Below, in pieces: positions 1-8,652 of a stretch of 64,000 nucleotides of DNA. The position numbers were made by a program, and so were the translations under genes. Below the pieces are notes generated by a model, which had not been told where the DNA came from, made no database searches, and saw only the letters and a list, made by a program, of their open reading frames with translations. How positions within the stretch are numbered: position 1 is the first letter of the stretch; every line of letters starts with the position of its first letter. The DNA is from an uncultured Gammaproteobacteria bacterium (GTDB lineage: Bacteria > Patescibacteriota > Microgenomatia > Levybacterales > UBA12049): NCBI GenBank assembly GCA_965230895.1, contig OZ246394.1, forward strand, positions 1,121,887-1,185,886. Reading direction: 5' to 3'.

Positions 1-3000
1 AGGGAAAGTCCGGCCATCCAGACGCCATCTCTTTGGAAGACATCGTTGGCTTTAATAATGATAGAATTGTTCAATTCTCCAGGGAGACTTAATGCGACCT
101 GCGCTTCACCTCGTTGAATTGCTTGCTGGACATCTAGCTTTGAGGGATTAAGACCCGATGCCTGACTGAATTCCATATTTTGTATTTGAAGCACTACGGC
201 ATCACCTTGGCGTAATGTGTGGAAACGTAATTCGTTTCGCTCCGAAGGACGGGTATCATAACCGTAATATTCTCTGTGATTTGTCTTTGTAGCCCATTCA
301 TTCCAGACTCCCGTCTCACCAGATACTGGGCGTTCAATTGTGCGCGTTTCAAATCGAGTTGCAATATTTTCTGTATTTACCAAGCTACTCCCTTGATCAT
401 ATTGCAATGTATCGCCCTGGAAAAATGCGTCATTTATAAGTACCTGGTCTGGCTTTGCATCAAGGACTAGATCAAATCTCCCATTATCTTCAACCCAATG
501 TGTTCCATCAGGGACATTTACTCGGTGCCCCATGATATCTGCTGCATGGGATGTCGTCGACGTAAATCCTTCGGTCGCTGGTCCAACCTCTCCTGCTCCA
601 AAAAATCGTTCAAGTGATGTCATCTGTGTTGGACGATCTGCCAACCCGATCGATTCAGCACCTCGATGTAAGCCTGCAAAAATCTCTTGCGTTACAGCAT
701 GGCCAATGACGCTTCCACCAGCCGCCATGACAAATGTCATTGAACCTTGTTTTGCTTGCGCGAGAACTCGCGCTCGTCTCATCGCACTGTCACGACTATC
801 GATAGACTCGTTTGACTCTATACTTGTGCTGAGTGCTGCTTGAAATTGGTTCTGAACTTCGGTACCGCGTTGAATATTTCGTTGCAATGCGTCAGAGAGA
901 GGATTAAGTATTTTATCTACAGAATCTCCTGGCTGGAAATCAACACCGAGCGAACGTGCATACGCTTGCATACCAGGAACATTATCTTGTGCATACTTGC
1001 GAAGCTCTGCAGTTGTTCGGGCTTTTAAAAGTTCGAGATCTGTCTTTTGAGCGTCCAATGATTGGTCTGTCGTTGTACGATATAATTCGACATTTGTGTT
1101 ATCATCCATCATTTGGCGGCGAACTTTACTATCTGCAAGTAATCCAAAAGCGTTATTTAGGATGTCATTGGTCACACGACCTGATTGAAGTTGCTTTCGT
1201 GCTTGCTCCAAAGGATCAAGGACGCCTGTTTTGATATCAAGCATTGGCAACTCGAGCTTCTTCATTTCATTGCGTCGTTTTGCTTCTTTATCAAAGGCAA
1301 CTCCTCGTGCAGCCTCACGACCATGCTGCTCATATTCCCTTGTGAATCGTGAACGTTCTTGCCCAGCCCGTACTGCACCAGCTACGGCAGAACCTCCTAA
1401 GATTGGTAAGAATATATTTCCACCTAAAGCTCCAGCTCGCTGCAGAGCATACAATCCCAAACCAGTAGCGAAGCCTGCAGTGTTATGGCCGCCGACAAAG
1501 CCAAGAGCCTTTAATCGCCCACTTGCGGAGTCAATTGCATCAAGATACGCGCCAGGCACAGGGAATTCTGGACCTCTATCTTGCTCTATCTTTTGGTAAA
1601 GATCCATAACACGCTGATTCGTAACGGAACGTGCATATTTTGCTTCGCGTTTTGTTTCTTGTACACTTCCTTGCTCACCAGCTTGCAATGTACCGACGTT
1701 AACTTTAAGCACCATTTGGTCAACATAGTTTTGGAGATTACCTTCTGATTGGAGATGGTTTTTGATAGACATTAACTGCGGCAAGAGAACATTTTCGACC
1801 ATAGGGACAATATTTGTTCCATAACTCATGGAGAGATCCAAATTACTGCGAACATCTTCTGGAAGATTATTTCTCCAATTTGTAAATTCTTTACTGAAGA
1901 ATTTCTCTTGAACAGCAGTACGAATTTCAAGAAGACGATCCTCGCTCAACGTCCCTCCATTTGCTAAGCCTTCTGTAAGCATCGGAGTAATTACTTCATT
2001 TTTGAAGAAGTCAGCGACCGGTCCTGTCATTACAATTTCTTGCGCACGCTTTTCGCCTACAGCAGTTCGTATTGCATCATCACTAAACTCAGTACCAAGC
2101 CTTCGCGCCAAACCTTCTCCTGCTTTAAAATCACCTGTGAGCACATCTTTATATGATTGGACGAGTTCTGGGTTTGCTGCGACAAAAGCTTGTACTCCTG
2201 GCTCACCTGAACTACGAGCATCATAAGCGCTGCGGAGCGTCCGAACAATTTCAACTTCTTGTGCAGCCAGCTCACGTTGATTCCGTCCAGCAAGTTCTCG
2301 CAAGTTTTTTATTTTGTTTTTGCCTCGCTCCCAACGACTCATATCATCGGTTTGATTCTCATTGATCTTATCGCGTGCTGAAGCGACTCTATCTTTCATT
2401 TTTTCCCGACGGTTCATCCCATCTCTTCGAGCATCTCTATCCGCTTTTTCTTGATCTCTGGCTGCAGTAATAGTTTCCTGAGCTGCATTGCGTATATTTC
2501 GTAAGAACTCATACGGCAAAGACTTCATTTGCACACCAGCTTCAGCCAAAAGCTGGTGCGATTGATCTTTTTCTTTTACATAGGTGTTCAGACTATGCAC
2601 GCCATATTTCCACCAACGAGGAATTGCTTGCTTAAATGATTGCTTCAGTTGATCGATTTTAGTGGAGTCTTCACCTTCAGCTTTGCCTGCCCACTTTTCC
2701 TTGCCTTCAGTCATGCGAGCTCGAGCAGTCATACGCGCTTCTTGCTCGACAACTTCTTGCTCTGTCTGACCTTCTTTTCCGATTCTATGCTTTGCCGCTG
2801 CAACTGAGAACTCAACACTCGCTAATTCTCGAAGAACTTCTTCAGGATCACGAGTGTCCGCATCTTTTGGAAGACTAGGCGTTGGTTGTTCTTCAGAATG
2901 CTTTTGTGGTTCTCTTTTTTCCGGTGCAGGACCATCGTGTGTGCCACGATCTTTAGTATCCACTGGAGCAGGACGAGGTGCAGATGTCCCCTCTGTAGTC

Positions 3001-3026
3001 GTTGGTGCTGGTTTAAATTCCGCCAT
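1..3026 (-). CDS. Giant hypothetical protein, 5' part only (>1008 aa in window; 3' end runs off window start)
   Basis: My own translation of the minus strand shows an uninterrupted frame from ATG at 3026 (preceded by AAAGGA 6 nt upstream and an in-frame TAG at 3084-3086) down to position 1. It is absent from the ORF track only because there is no stop codon in the window. The plus-strand small ORFs at 276-3152 are antisense shadows. The product has Gly-rich hydrophobic segments (e.g. FVGGHNTAGFATGLGLYALQRAGALGGNIFLPILGGSAVAGAV) and charged helical stretches. GC is visibly higher than in the rest of the window. Confidence 0.7.
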   Translation of the reverse strand, partial: MAEFKPAPTTTEGTSAPRPAPVDTKDRGTHDGPAPEKREPQKHSEEQPTPSLPKDADTRDPEEVLRELASVEFSVAAAKHRIGKEGQTEQEVVEQEARMTARARMTEGKEKWAGKAEGEDSTKIDQLKQSFKQAIPRWWKYGVHSLNTYVKEKDQSHQLLAEAGVQMKSLPYEFLRNIRNAAQETITAARDQEKADRDARRDGMNRREKMKDRVASARDKINENQTDDMSRWERGKNKIKNLRELAGRNQRELAAQEVEIVRTLRSAYDARSSGEPGVQAFVAANPELVQSYKDVLTGDFKAGEGLARRLGTEFSDDAIRTAVGEKRAQEIVMTGPVADFFKNEVITPMLTEGLANGGTLSEDRLLEIRTAVQEKFFSKEFTNWRNNLPEDVRSNLDLSMSYGTNIVPMVENVLLPQLMSIKNHLQSEGNLQNYVDQMVLKVNVGTLQAGEQGSVQETKREAKYARSVTNQRVMDLYQKIEQDRGPEFPVPGAYLDAIDSASGRLKALGFVGGHNTAGFATGLGLYALQRAGALGGNIFLPILGGSAVAGAVRAGQERSRFTREYEQHGREAARGVAFDKEAKRRNEMKKLELPMLDIKTGVLDPLEQARKQLQSGRVTNDILNNAFGLLADSKVRRQMMDDNTNVELYRTTTDQSLDAQKTDLELLKARTTAELRKYAQDNVPGMQAYARSLGVDFQPGDSVDKILNPLSDALQRNIQRGTEVQNQFQAALSTSIESNESIDSRDSAMRRARVLAQAKQGSMTFVMAAGGSVIGHAVTQEIFAGLHRGAESIGLADRPTQMTSLERFFGAGEVGPATEGFTSTTSHAADIMGHRVNVPDGTHWVEDNGRFDLVLDAKPDQVLINDAFFQGDTLQYDQGSSLVNTENIATRFETRTIERPVSGETGVWNEWATKTNHREYYGYDTRPSERNELRFHTLRQGDAVVLQIQNMEFSQASGLNPSKLDVQQAIQRGEAQVALSLPGELNNSIIIKANDVFQRDGVWMAGLS

Positions 3027-3177
3027 ACATTGTCCTTTCTTAGAGTTTGCAAAAATAGCAGCATATGTGCCGCCTCTTTGCCTCTATCCATTTATTATAC
3101 ATACTCTCATATAAGACAACAACGAATTTTTGAGAAAATAAGCACCTTGTAATGAACGTAAAAGGTAGATGTAAGGA

Positions 3178-3537
3178 TTAGTTTGAGGAATCAGCTGGAG
3201 TACTGAGATATACACCTTGAAATTCAATTAACACATCCGTCATAAACTCTGTAAAGTTAGCAATATGATCTACTGCAAACTGTTGCAGTTCTGCTTGCGA
3301 AGTATTTTGTTTCAACAAATTTTCAAACTCTGTAACATCTTCATCTGAAAATGCAGCAATAACCCGAGCCATGATAAAGTCATTGAGTCTTATTTGCAAA
3401 TCCTTTCGCAGTTCTTCACGAACCGAGTCATCCATATCGGGATAATTTTTCTTGTCGATGAGATCGTCTATGTATTGATTAATATTTTGCTGGTCCATGG
3501 ATATATTTACTATAGAGTGCAACTTCGGAGATGTCAA
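3178..3537 (-). CDS. Small acidic hypothetical protein (119 aa)
   Basis: Intact ORF lying between the PP2C-domain gene (17-nt gap) and the giant gene, on the same strand. It is Asp/Glu-rich and has no recognisable motif. Confidence 0.45.
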   Translation of the reverse strand: MTSPKLHSIVNISMDQQNINQYIDDLIDKKNYPDMDDSVREELRKDLQIRLNDFIMARVIAAFSDEDVTEFENLLKQNTSQAELQQFAVDHIANFTEFMTDVLIEFQGVYLSTPADSSN

Positions 3538-3554
3538 TCATATGAGAAGTGCTA

Positions 3555-5753
3555 TTAGGAGATAGGCTCATATACGAAAGACGGAAAAGCCTGTGTAACA
3601 TCATCTTCTCCCTTTTCATAAAAAAATTGTACAAGCGCTCGTGTATTTTCGGGCTTCTTACTCTCGTGCTCTCGAAAAGCATCTTTCCAAGCAGTTTTAC
3701 CTTCCTCGTCAAACCCGTTTATACTCAAATATGCATCCATACTATCAACGGAATCTACCTCAAAAGTTGCAGCGGCTAATTCATTTGCGTATCCTATGTA
3801 AATATTACTCTGCACGTCGCCTGCCTGCTCAAGCTGTTGCATCTCTTGCTCTATCTTTGTACGTCTTTCTATCGTTAACCTACTTTTTCGAGCACGCATC
3901 ATATTTTTATAGAGCACGTCGACATCTACTTGTTGAAGAATATCACTGTTATCCACATAGGTAATAAATTGCTGTTCAATTGGAGTTATTCGTCGACCAA
4001 TCTTTGCTTCCACTGCTGCAATAAGTTGTTTACTTGCAAGTATGTACTCCAAGTTTTGGCCAAAGAGCGTATTACTTGCTTTTGCAGCATCAAGTGCTGC
4101 AGATGGCTTCTTATCAGGAATATCTGCTGAGATATCAATCACTTCAGCTGTCATATCGTCTTTCTTTGCACGGACATCGCTACTTAACCTTGATCTAGCT
4201 TGAGCAGCTTCGATCAGTTTTGAAACAGCCTGAGACGCATTTTCTCCAGAGGCAAGAAGAGATTCTATAGCACTATCCGTGAGATTATCATGGATCCCAT
4301 CTGAAGTTATAAGATACCGATCGTCTTCTTCAACAGCATGCACTGTTAAAGAAGGCTCGATATATTGGATTCCTAGTGCCTGTCCTACTTCATTCCTTGT
4401 ATGGAAAGCATTCTTTTCCGGACGACTTAAAGCGCGAAAGTCATCTGCTGTATCAAGCGCTGCGAGCTTTCTCTGACGGGCCCATTGCTCATTTGGATCA
4501 ACAAAAGGACGCGGGTCATCAAGCGTTAGAACCTCGAGCTTTCCATCCCGGAGACGATAGAGTCGAGTATCACCGATATTAACATGAATTAGCTGCTTTT
4601 TCCCATCATTTCCCTCATAGATGTGGCTCAATGAGAGAGTCGTTAATCCCTTACCCTGTGTCGTTTCCAAAACCATCTCATTACATCCAATTGAGATGCG
4701 CATGAGGAAATCTGAAACTTCTTCAAGCGTTGCACCGTCAGGGATATACTTCACTGCTTCGGCGAGATAGTCTTTCGCATTTTGGACGGCCTTATCAGCC
4801 TCATCGCTTCCGCCTACACCATCAAGCACTCCAAACGACCGACTATCCATATCAAAGAGTAATCGATCTTGATGCGGTTTGCCTTTCTCATTCTTAACTG
4901 TCTCTCCTGCTGCAATGTCACCATACGATACCTTTTCTTCAGTCTCGCTTGGCGTTGTCGTTTCGATCGGAGCAGGTGTAGTTTCTAAAACTGTTACACC
5001 TAACTTATGGGCAAGAGCATCCAGACGTGTTCTTTCAGTTGCTGAAGGTTTGCGCTGTATCCCAGACTGTATTTTTGTAGCAATTTTTGCTTTCACATCT
5101 TCTTTTTGTGACAAAATTGCTCGTGCAACAGCAAAATCAGCTACTAATTCATCAGCATTTTTATCAGTACCGAAAATAGCCAACATTGGCTTGATCGCAT
5201 CCAATCTATTTTCTAATCGAGCTATATCGACGGAACCATCAGCTCTTGTGCATCCATCTGAGATATCTTCAATGAACCGATTAATATTACTGCCCTTTTC
5301 GGAGACATACTTCTGCCTGAATGTTTCCACTTGTGCATAGAGTCCCTGATCATTCATGTTATTATCGGAGACATCCAAGCCAATAGCTCCCAATGTCATT
5401 CGGCGCTCCCCTCGTATATGCGTATCTACCGCCGGATCTTGAAAAAACTCTTGCATTGAATCGTAAAAATCCATATTCCATTCTTTATTGCGGACATCAA
5501 AATCACGGTTATCATTTTTATCAAATTCATGCCGACTTTCTAATGAAACCTTATTTGCAGCGGTTAATGCTGTATGAAGTGCATCAGGAGTTTTTTGAGA
5601 GAGCGTATCGCGTTGCTCATCAGACATACTATGCGCCTCATGCCGCACAAAAGAAGTTTCGACCGCTGCTGCTGTAACATGTGCTATTGCTGGGGTAACT
5701 TGGACACGACTTTCTGATTCACGATTATGGGGACGCTCTGTATGTTCTCTCAT
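3555..5753 (-). CDS. PP2C-family Ser/Thr phosphatase-domain protein (732 aa) with uncharacterised N- and C-terminal regions
   Basis: The central region carries the PP2C signature blocks: FGVLDGVGGSDEADKA (the DGHGG-like metal-binding motif), IGDTRLYRL (GDSR-like), and YLITSDGIHDNLTD (the DG..D C-terminal metal motif). About 290 aa N-terminal and about 240 aa C-terminal have no identifiable motifs. Confidence 0.6.
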   Translation of the reverse strand: MREHTERPHNRESESRVQVTPAIAHVTAAAVETSFVRHEAHSMSDEQRDTLSQKTPDALHTALTAANKVSLESRHEFDKNDNRDFDVRNKEWNMDFYDSMQEFFQDPAVDTHIRGERRMTLGAIGLDVSDNNMNDQGLYAQVETFRQKYVSEKGSNINRFIEDISDGCTRADGSVDIARLENRLDAIKPMLAIFGTDKNADELVADFAVARAILSQKEDVKAKIATKIQSGIQRKPSATERTRLDALAHKLGVTVLETTPAPIETTTPSETEEKVSYGDIAAGETVKNEKGKPHQDRLLFDMDSRSFGVLDGVGGSDEADKAVQNAKDYLAEAVKYIPDGATLEEVSDFLMRISIGCNEMVLETTQGKGLTTLSLSHIYEGNDGKKQLIHVNIGDTRLYRLRDGKLEVLTLDDPRPFVDPNEQWARQRKLAALDTADDFRALSRPEKNAFHTRNEVGQALGIQYIEPSLTVHAVEEDDRYLITSDGIHDNLTDSAIESLLASGENASQAVSKLIEAAQARSRLSSDVRAKKDDMTAEVIDISADIPDKKPSAALDAAKASNTLFGQNLEYILASKQLIAAVEAKIGRRITPIEQQFITYVDNSDILQQVDVDVLYKNMMRARKSRLTIERRTKIEQEMQQLEQAGDVQSNIYIGYANELAAATFEVDSVDSMDAYLSINGFDEEGKTAWKDAFREHESKKPENTRALVQFFYEKGEDDVTQAFPSFVYEPIS

Positions 5754-5820
5754 ATATTCAGTATAGCAAAATGTGATCTAGCACACAGAAAACTGCTGGG
5801 ATTTATGCTATAAATAATCA

Positions 5821-7002
5821 ATGAAGAAATTTTATCAATTCATTACTGCATTTTTCTTTATCCCGCTTCTCCTCGCTTTTCCATTTGCTCAACAAACCCA
5901 GGCTGCAGAATTTCGTGCAGGAGATGAGGTGCGGATCAATGCAGATGAACAAAATCTTAATAATCTTTACCTCTTTGGTGGAAATATAACTTTAGACGCT
6001 CCGGTCGCAAATGAATTGACGACAGCAGGTGGGGATTTAAATCTTAATAGTGCTGTTGAAGGAAGCGCTCTAATAGGTGGAGGAAATATCACCATACGAG
6101 GACCAATTGGCAATAATGCTAGAATAGCGGGCGGAGATATTACGATTGATGCGCCAATAACAAACGACCTTGTTATTACAGGGGGCAATATAACAATCAC
6201 TAAGAACGCTTCAATTGGAGGAGATATCCTCTTTGCTGGGGGAAAGCTTACTGTAGACGGATCGGTTGCTGGCAAAATTCAGGCAAATGGTGGAGATATC
6301 GTAATTAATAGTACAGTCGATGGAGATGTTTCAGGGAATATAGAGAAGTTAATACTTGGTCCTGCAGCAAATATTTCTGGCAATCTTTCATACAAATCAC
6401 CGGAGCAGGCAAAAATTGAACAAGGGGCAACTATTTCTGGGCAAACGAATTACCAGCCTGAACATAACGACCAAGACCGCGAAAAGAGTGCAGCGGGATT
6501 CTTTGCAGGGGCCGCATTCTATAAGTTGATTGCAGATATAATTATTTGTCTCCTTTTCGTGTACTTCCTCAAAGGCTCAATCATAGCTATTATCAATAGA
6601 ATGAGATCCTCACCAGTAAAAAGTGGTGCTGTAGGGTTTGCATTCATTATCCTTGTACCGATCGCCGGTTTTCTCCTGTTCCTTTTACTTTTCCTCGGAG
6701 TCGTAACCATGTTGAGTTATGCTCTATTCTGGCTTATTAGCATATTCATTGCGCAGCTCTTTCTTGGCTGGGCACTTATGCATTGGCTTCAAAGAAGTAA
6801 TAAAGCAGAGTATATTCTCGATTGGAAAGCGGCTATTGCAGGACCAATTATTGTGTTTATTTTAATGTTTATTCCGGTCTTTGGATGGTTGGCATTTGCT
6901 GTAGTTTTCTTAATTGCACTTGGAGCAATGCTTGGAGAATTGATAACTCTTATTTCTACGCAAAAGCAAATAACCACGACCAAACCTTCACGAAAGAAGT
7001 AA
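5821..7002 (+). CDS. Membrane protein with a bactofilin-like beta-helical repeat domain (393 aa)
   Basis: The N-terminal hydrophobic signal/anchor is followed by a region of about 170 aa of imperfect repeats (GGNITI, GGDITIDAP, GGNITITK, GGDILFAGG, NGGDIVINST, SGNIEKLIL) that resemble the alternating G-D/N-I pattern of the bactofilin (DUF583) beta-helix. The C-terminal half has about 4 predicted TM helices. Confidence 0.5.
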   Translation: MKKFYQFITAFFFIPLLLAFPFAQQTQAAEFRAGDEVRINADEQNLNNLYLFGGNITLDAPVANELTTAGGDLNLNSAVEGSALIGGGNITIRGPIGNNARIAGGDITIDAPITNDLVITGGNITITKNASIGGDILFAGGKLTVDGSVAGKIQANGGDIVINSTVDGDVSGNIEKLILGPAANISGNLSYKSPEQAKIEQGATISGQTNYQPEHNDQDREKSAAGFFAGAAFYKLIADIIICLLFVYFLKGSIIAIINRMRSSPVKSGAVGFAFIILVPIAGFLLFLLLFLGVVTMLSYALFWLISIFIAQLFLGWALMHWLQRSNKAEYILDWKAAIAGPIIVFILMFIPVFGWLAFAVVFLIALGAMLGELITLISTQKQITTTKPSRKK

Positions 7003-7061
7003 AAGAGATTGGGATTGCTTGAAAGGAGTTGCAATATTTTTGTACTGTAAATGTACAAATA

Positions 7062-7544
7062 TTAACGCTTTGGTGATTGCTTCTTTCGTCGAGCTTTACC
7101 GCCGGTACCGACAGCACGTCGTTCACGGACACGAGCATCTCGTGACAAGAAGCCTTTTTTCTTAAGAAGTGCACGGTATTCTTCTGGATTCAGCTTGTTC
7201 AATGCATTTGCAATACCTGCAACTGCTGCTTGTAGTTGTCCTGAAGGTCCACCGCCTGCAACTTTGATAGTGAATGCAAAATTCTTTTGATGCGCGTTTG
7301 TAACACGAAGTGGTTCTGTATAAAGATGGCGACTGACATCACCTGAGAAGTATTGATCAATTGGCTTTTCATTAACCAACATATCACCTTTTTTCACTGA
7401 AAGTTCGCCCCAAGTAAGTTCTGCTTTTACATTTTCATAGAGTCGGACTCGAGCAACTGATTCTTTTCGTCGGCCAACTGCAAAAGTATAATCTTTTCGA
7501 GCTGTTTTATTTCTTTTAATTGGTTGTTGTACTTCTTCTGCCAT
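7062..7544 (-). CDS. rpsI: 30S ribosomal protein S9
   Basis: GRRKESVARVRL ... C-terminal GGKARRKKQSPKR is typical of S9. Confidence 0.93.
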   Translation of the reverse strand: MAEEVQQPIKRNKTARKDYTFAVGRRKESVARVRLYENVKAELTWGELSVKKGDMLVNEKPIDQYFSGDVSRHLYTEPLRVTNAHQKNFAFTIKVAGGGPSGQLQAAVAGIANALNKLNPEEYRALLKKKGFLSRDARVRERRAVGTGGKARRKKQSPKR

Positions 7545-7549
7545 AGTAT

Positions 7550-7978
7550 TTAGTTTTTAAATTTATCTGCGTAAGTATGTTCTGCATCCGCAAAGATAAA
7601 TAATCGTGTCAACATTTTATCACGTAAACGGTTTTGTGGGAGCATACCTTTTACAGCATGTAACAAAACACCTTCTGGTTTGCGTGCTCGTAATTCCTTC
7701 AATGTTTCTTCTTTAAAACCACCTGGATATCCAGAATGTCGGTAATACATTTTTTGAACTTCTTTTTTTCCAGTTACTTTAATATCTTTAGCATTTGTAA
7801 CGACTACATAATCTCCGCAGTCAAGGTTACGAACAAAATATGCTTTTCCTTTACCCATTAAAAGTTGTGCAATTTCAGAAGCAACACGTCCAAGAGTTTG
7901 GTCTTTAACATCAACATGGTGCCATGCTCTTTTGATGTCTTTCGCCTTTGTTGGTTGTGTTTGTGCTGCTTGGTTCAT
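7550..7978 (-). CDS. rplM: 50S ribosomal protein L13
   Basis: WHHVDVKDQTLGRVASEIAQLLMGKGK... is the canonical L13 N-terminus. Confidence 0.93.
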   Translation of the reverse strand: MNQAAQTQPTKAKDIKRAWHHVDVKDQTLGRVASEIAQLLMGKGKAYFVRNLDCGDYVVVTNAKDIKVTGKKEVQKMYYRHSGYPGGFKEETLKELRARKPEGVLLHAVKGMLPQNRLRDKMLTRLFIFADAEHTYADKFKN

Positions 7979-7981
7979 AGT

Positions 7982-8512
7982 TTATCCTTTTTTCTGTCGA
8001 GTCACCATTTGTTTTGGTGCTGAGCTCTTTACTGCTTTTGTTTTCTTTTCTGGTTTTGCAACTGCTGCTGTTGCTTTCACTTCTGTTGTTTTTGCTGCTT
8101 TTGCAGGCTTAGCTGTTTTTGCTTTCTTTTCTTTAACAGGCTTTGCAACTGCTTTTTCACCTTTAACAACCCATTCCATAATAACTTCAGGTGAATTATC
8201 AGCAACTCTGCGTCCAACTTTAATGATTCGAGTATAACCACCTTGTCGATCCATGAATCGTGGAGCGATTTGTTCAATAAGTTTTGCAGCTGCGATATGT
8301 CGGACATCAGGAGCCAATGCTCGTAATGCAACTTCTCCACCTTTTTTTGCTTTGGTAACTAATTTATCAGCTGCACTTCTAATTGCTTTTGCTTTTGCTT
8401 CAGAAGTTCTGATTCGCTCTTCGAGAACAAGGGACGTAAGCAGGTTTTTAAACAAAGCTTTACGCTCGTTTGCATCTCTCTTAAATTGGCGACCAAATAC
8501 ATTCTTTTTCAT
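7982..8512 (-). CDS. rplQ: 50S ribosomal protein L17 with Lys/Ala-rich C-terminal extension
   Basis: The L17 core MKKNVFGRQFKRDANERKALFKNL...GYTRIIKVGRRVADN is present. The start is placed at the internal ATG at 8512 (the track ORF extends to 8545). A C-terminal AKPVKEKKAKTAKPAKAAK tail follows. Confidence 0.85.
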   Translation of the reverse strand: MKKNVFGRQFKRDANERKALFKNLLTSLVLEERIRTSEAKAKAIRSAADKLVTKAKKGGEVALRALAPDVRHIAAAKLIEQIAPRFMDRQGGYTRIIKVGRRVADNSPEVIMEWVVKGEKAVAKPVKEKKAKTAKPAKAAKTTEVKATAAVAKPEKKTKAVKSSAPKQMVTRQKKG

Positions 8513-8652
8513 AGATAATAAAAAATCCGAAGCTCGAAATCCCAAATACGAAACAAAACCAATTTTTCAAAATACTAACTACAATCTTTAATTGTGGGCA
8601 TTTGTATTTTGAGCTTGTTTCGAATTTCGATATTCGAATTTCGGATTTACTC

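Noticed and set aside
1-3100. Possibility that the apparent lack of a long ORF reflects an alternative genetic code (UGA recoding, as in some CPR lineages).
   Set aside because: All ribosomal, EF-Tu and EF-G genes are intact under the standard code. The region does contain a long standard-code frame once edge truncation is considered.
276-3152. Eleven short ORFs on both strands in the first 3 kb (for example 532-843+, 1231-1599+, 2822-3091-).
   Set aside because: They overlap one another and are compositionally biased (Pro/Ala/Ser/Cys-rich). All lie antisense or out-of-frame to the single long minus-strand frame translated by eye (3026 to 1), so they are treated as shadow ORFs.
5967-6710. 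Minus-strand ORFs 5967-6275 and 6519-6710 inside the beta-helix gene.
   Set aside because: They lie antisense to a well-structured repeat-containing ORF. The Gly/Pro/Ile-rich translation reflects the repeat DNA.
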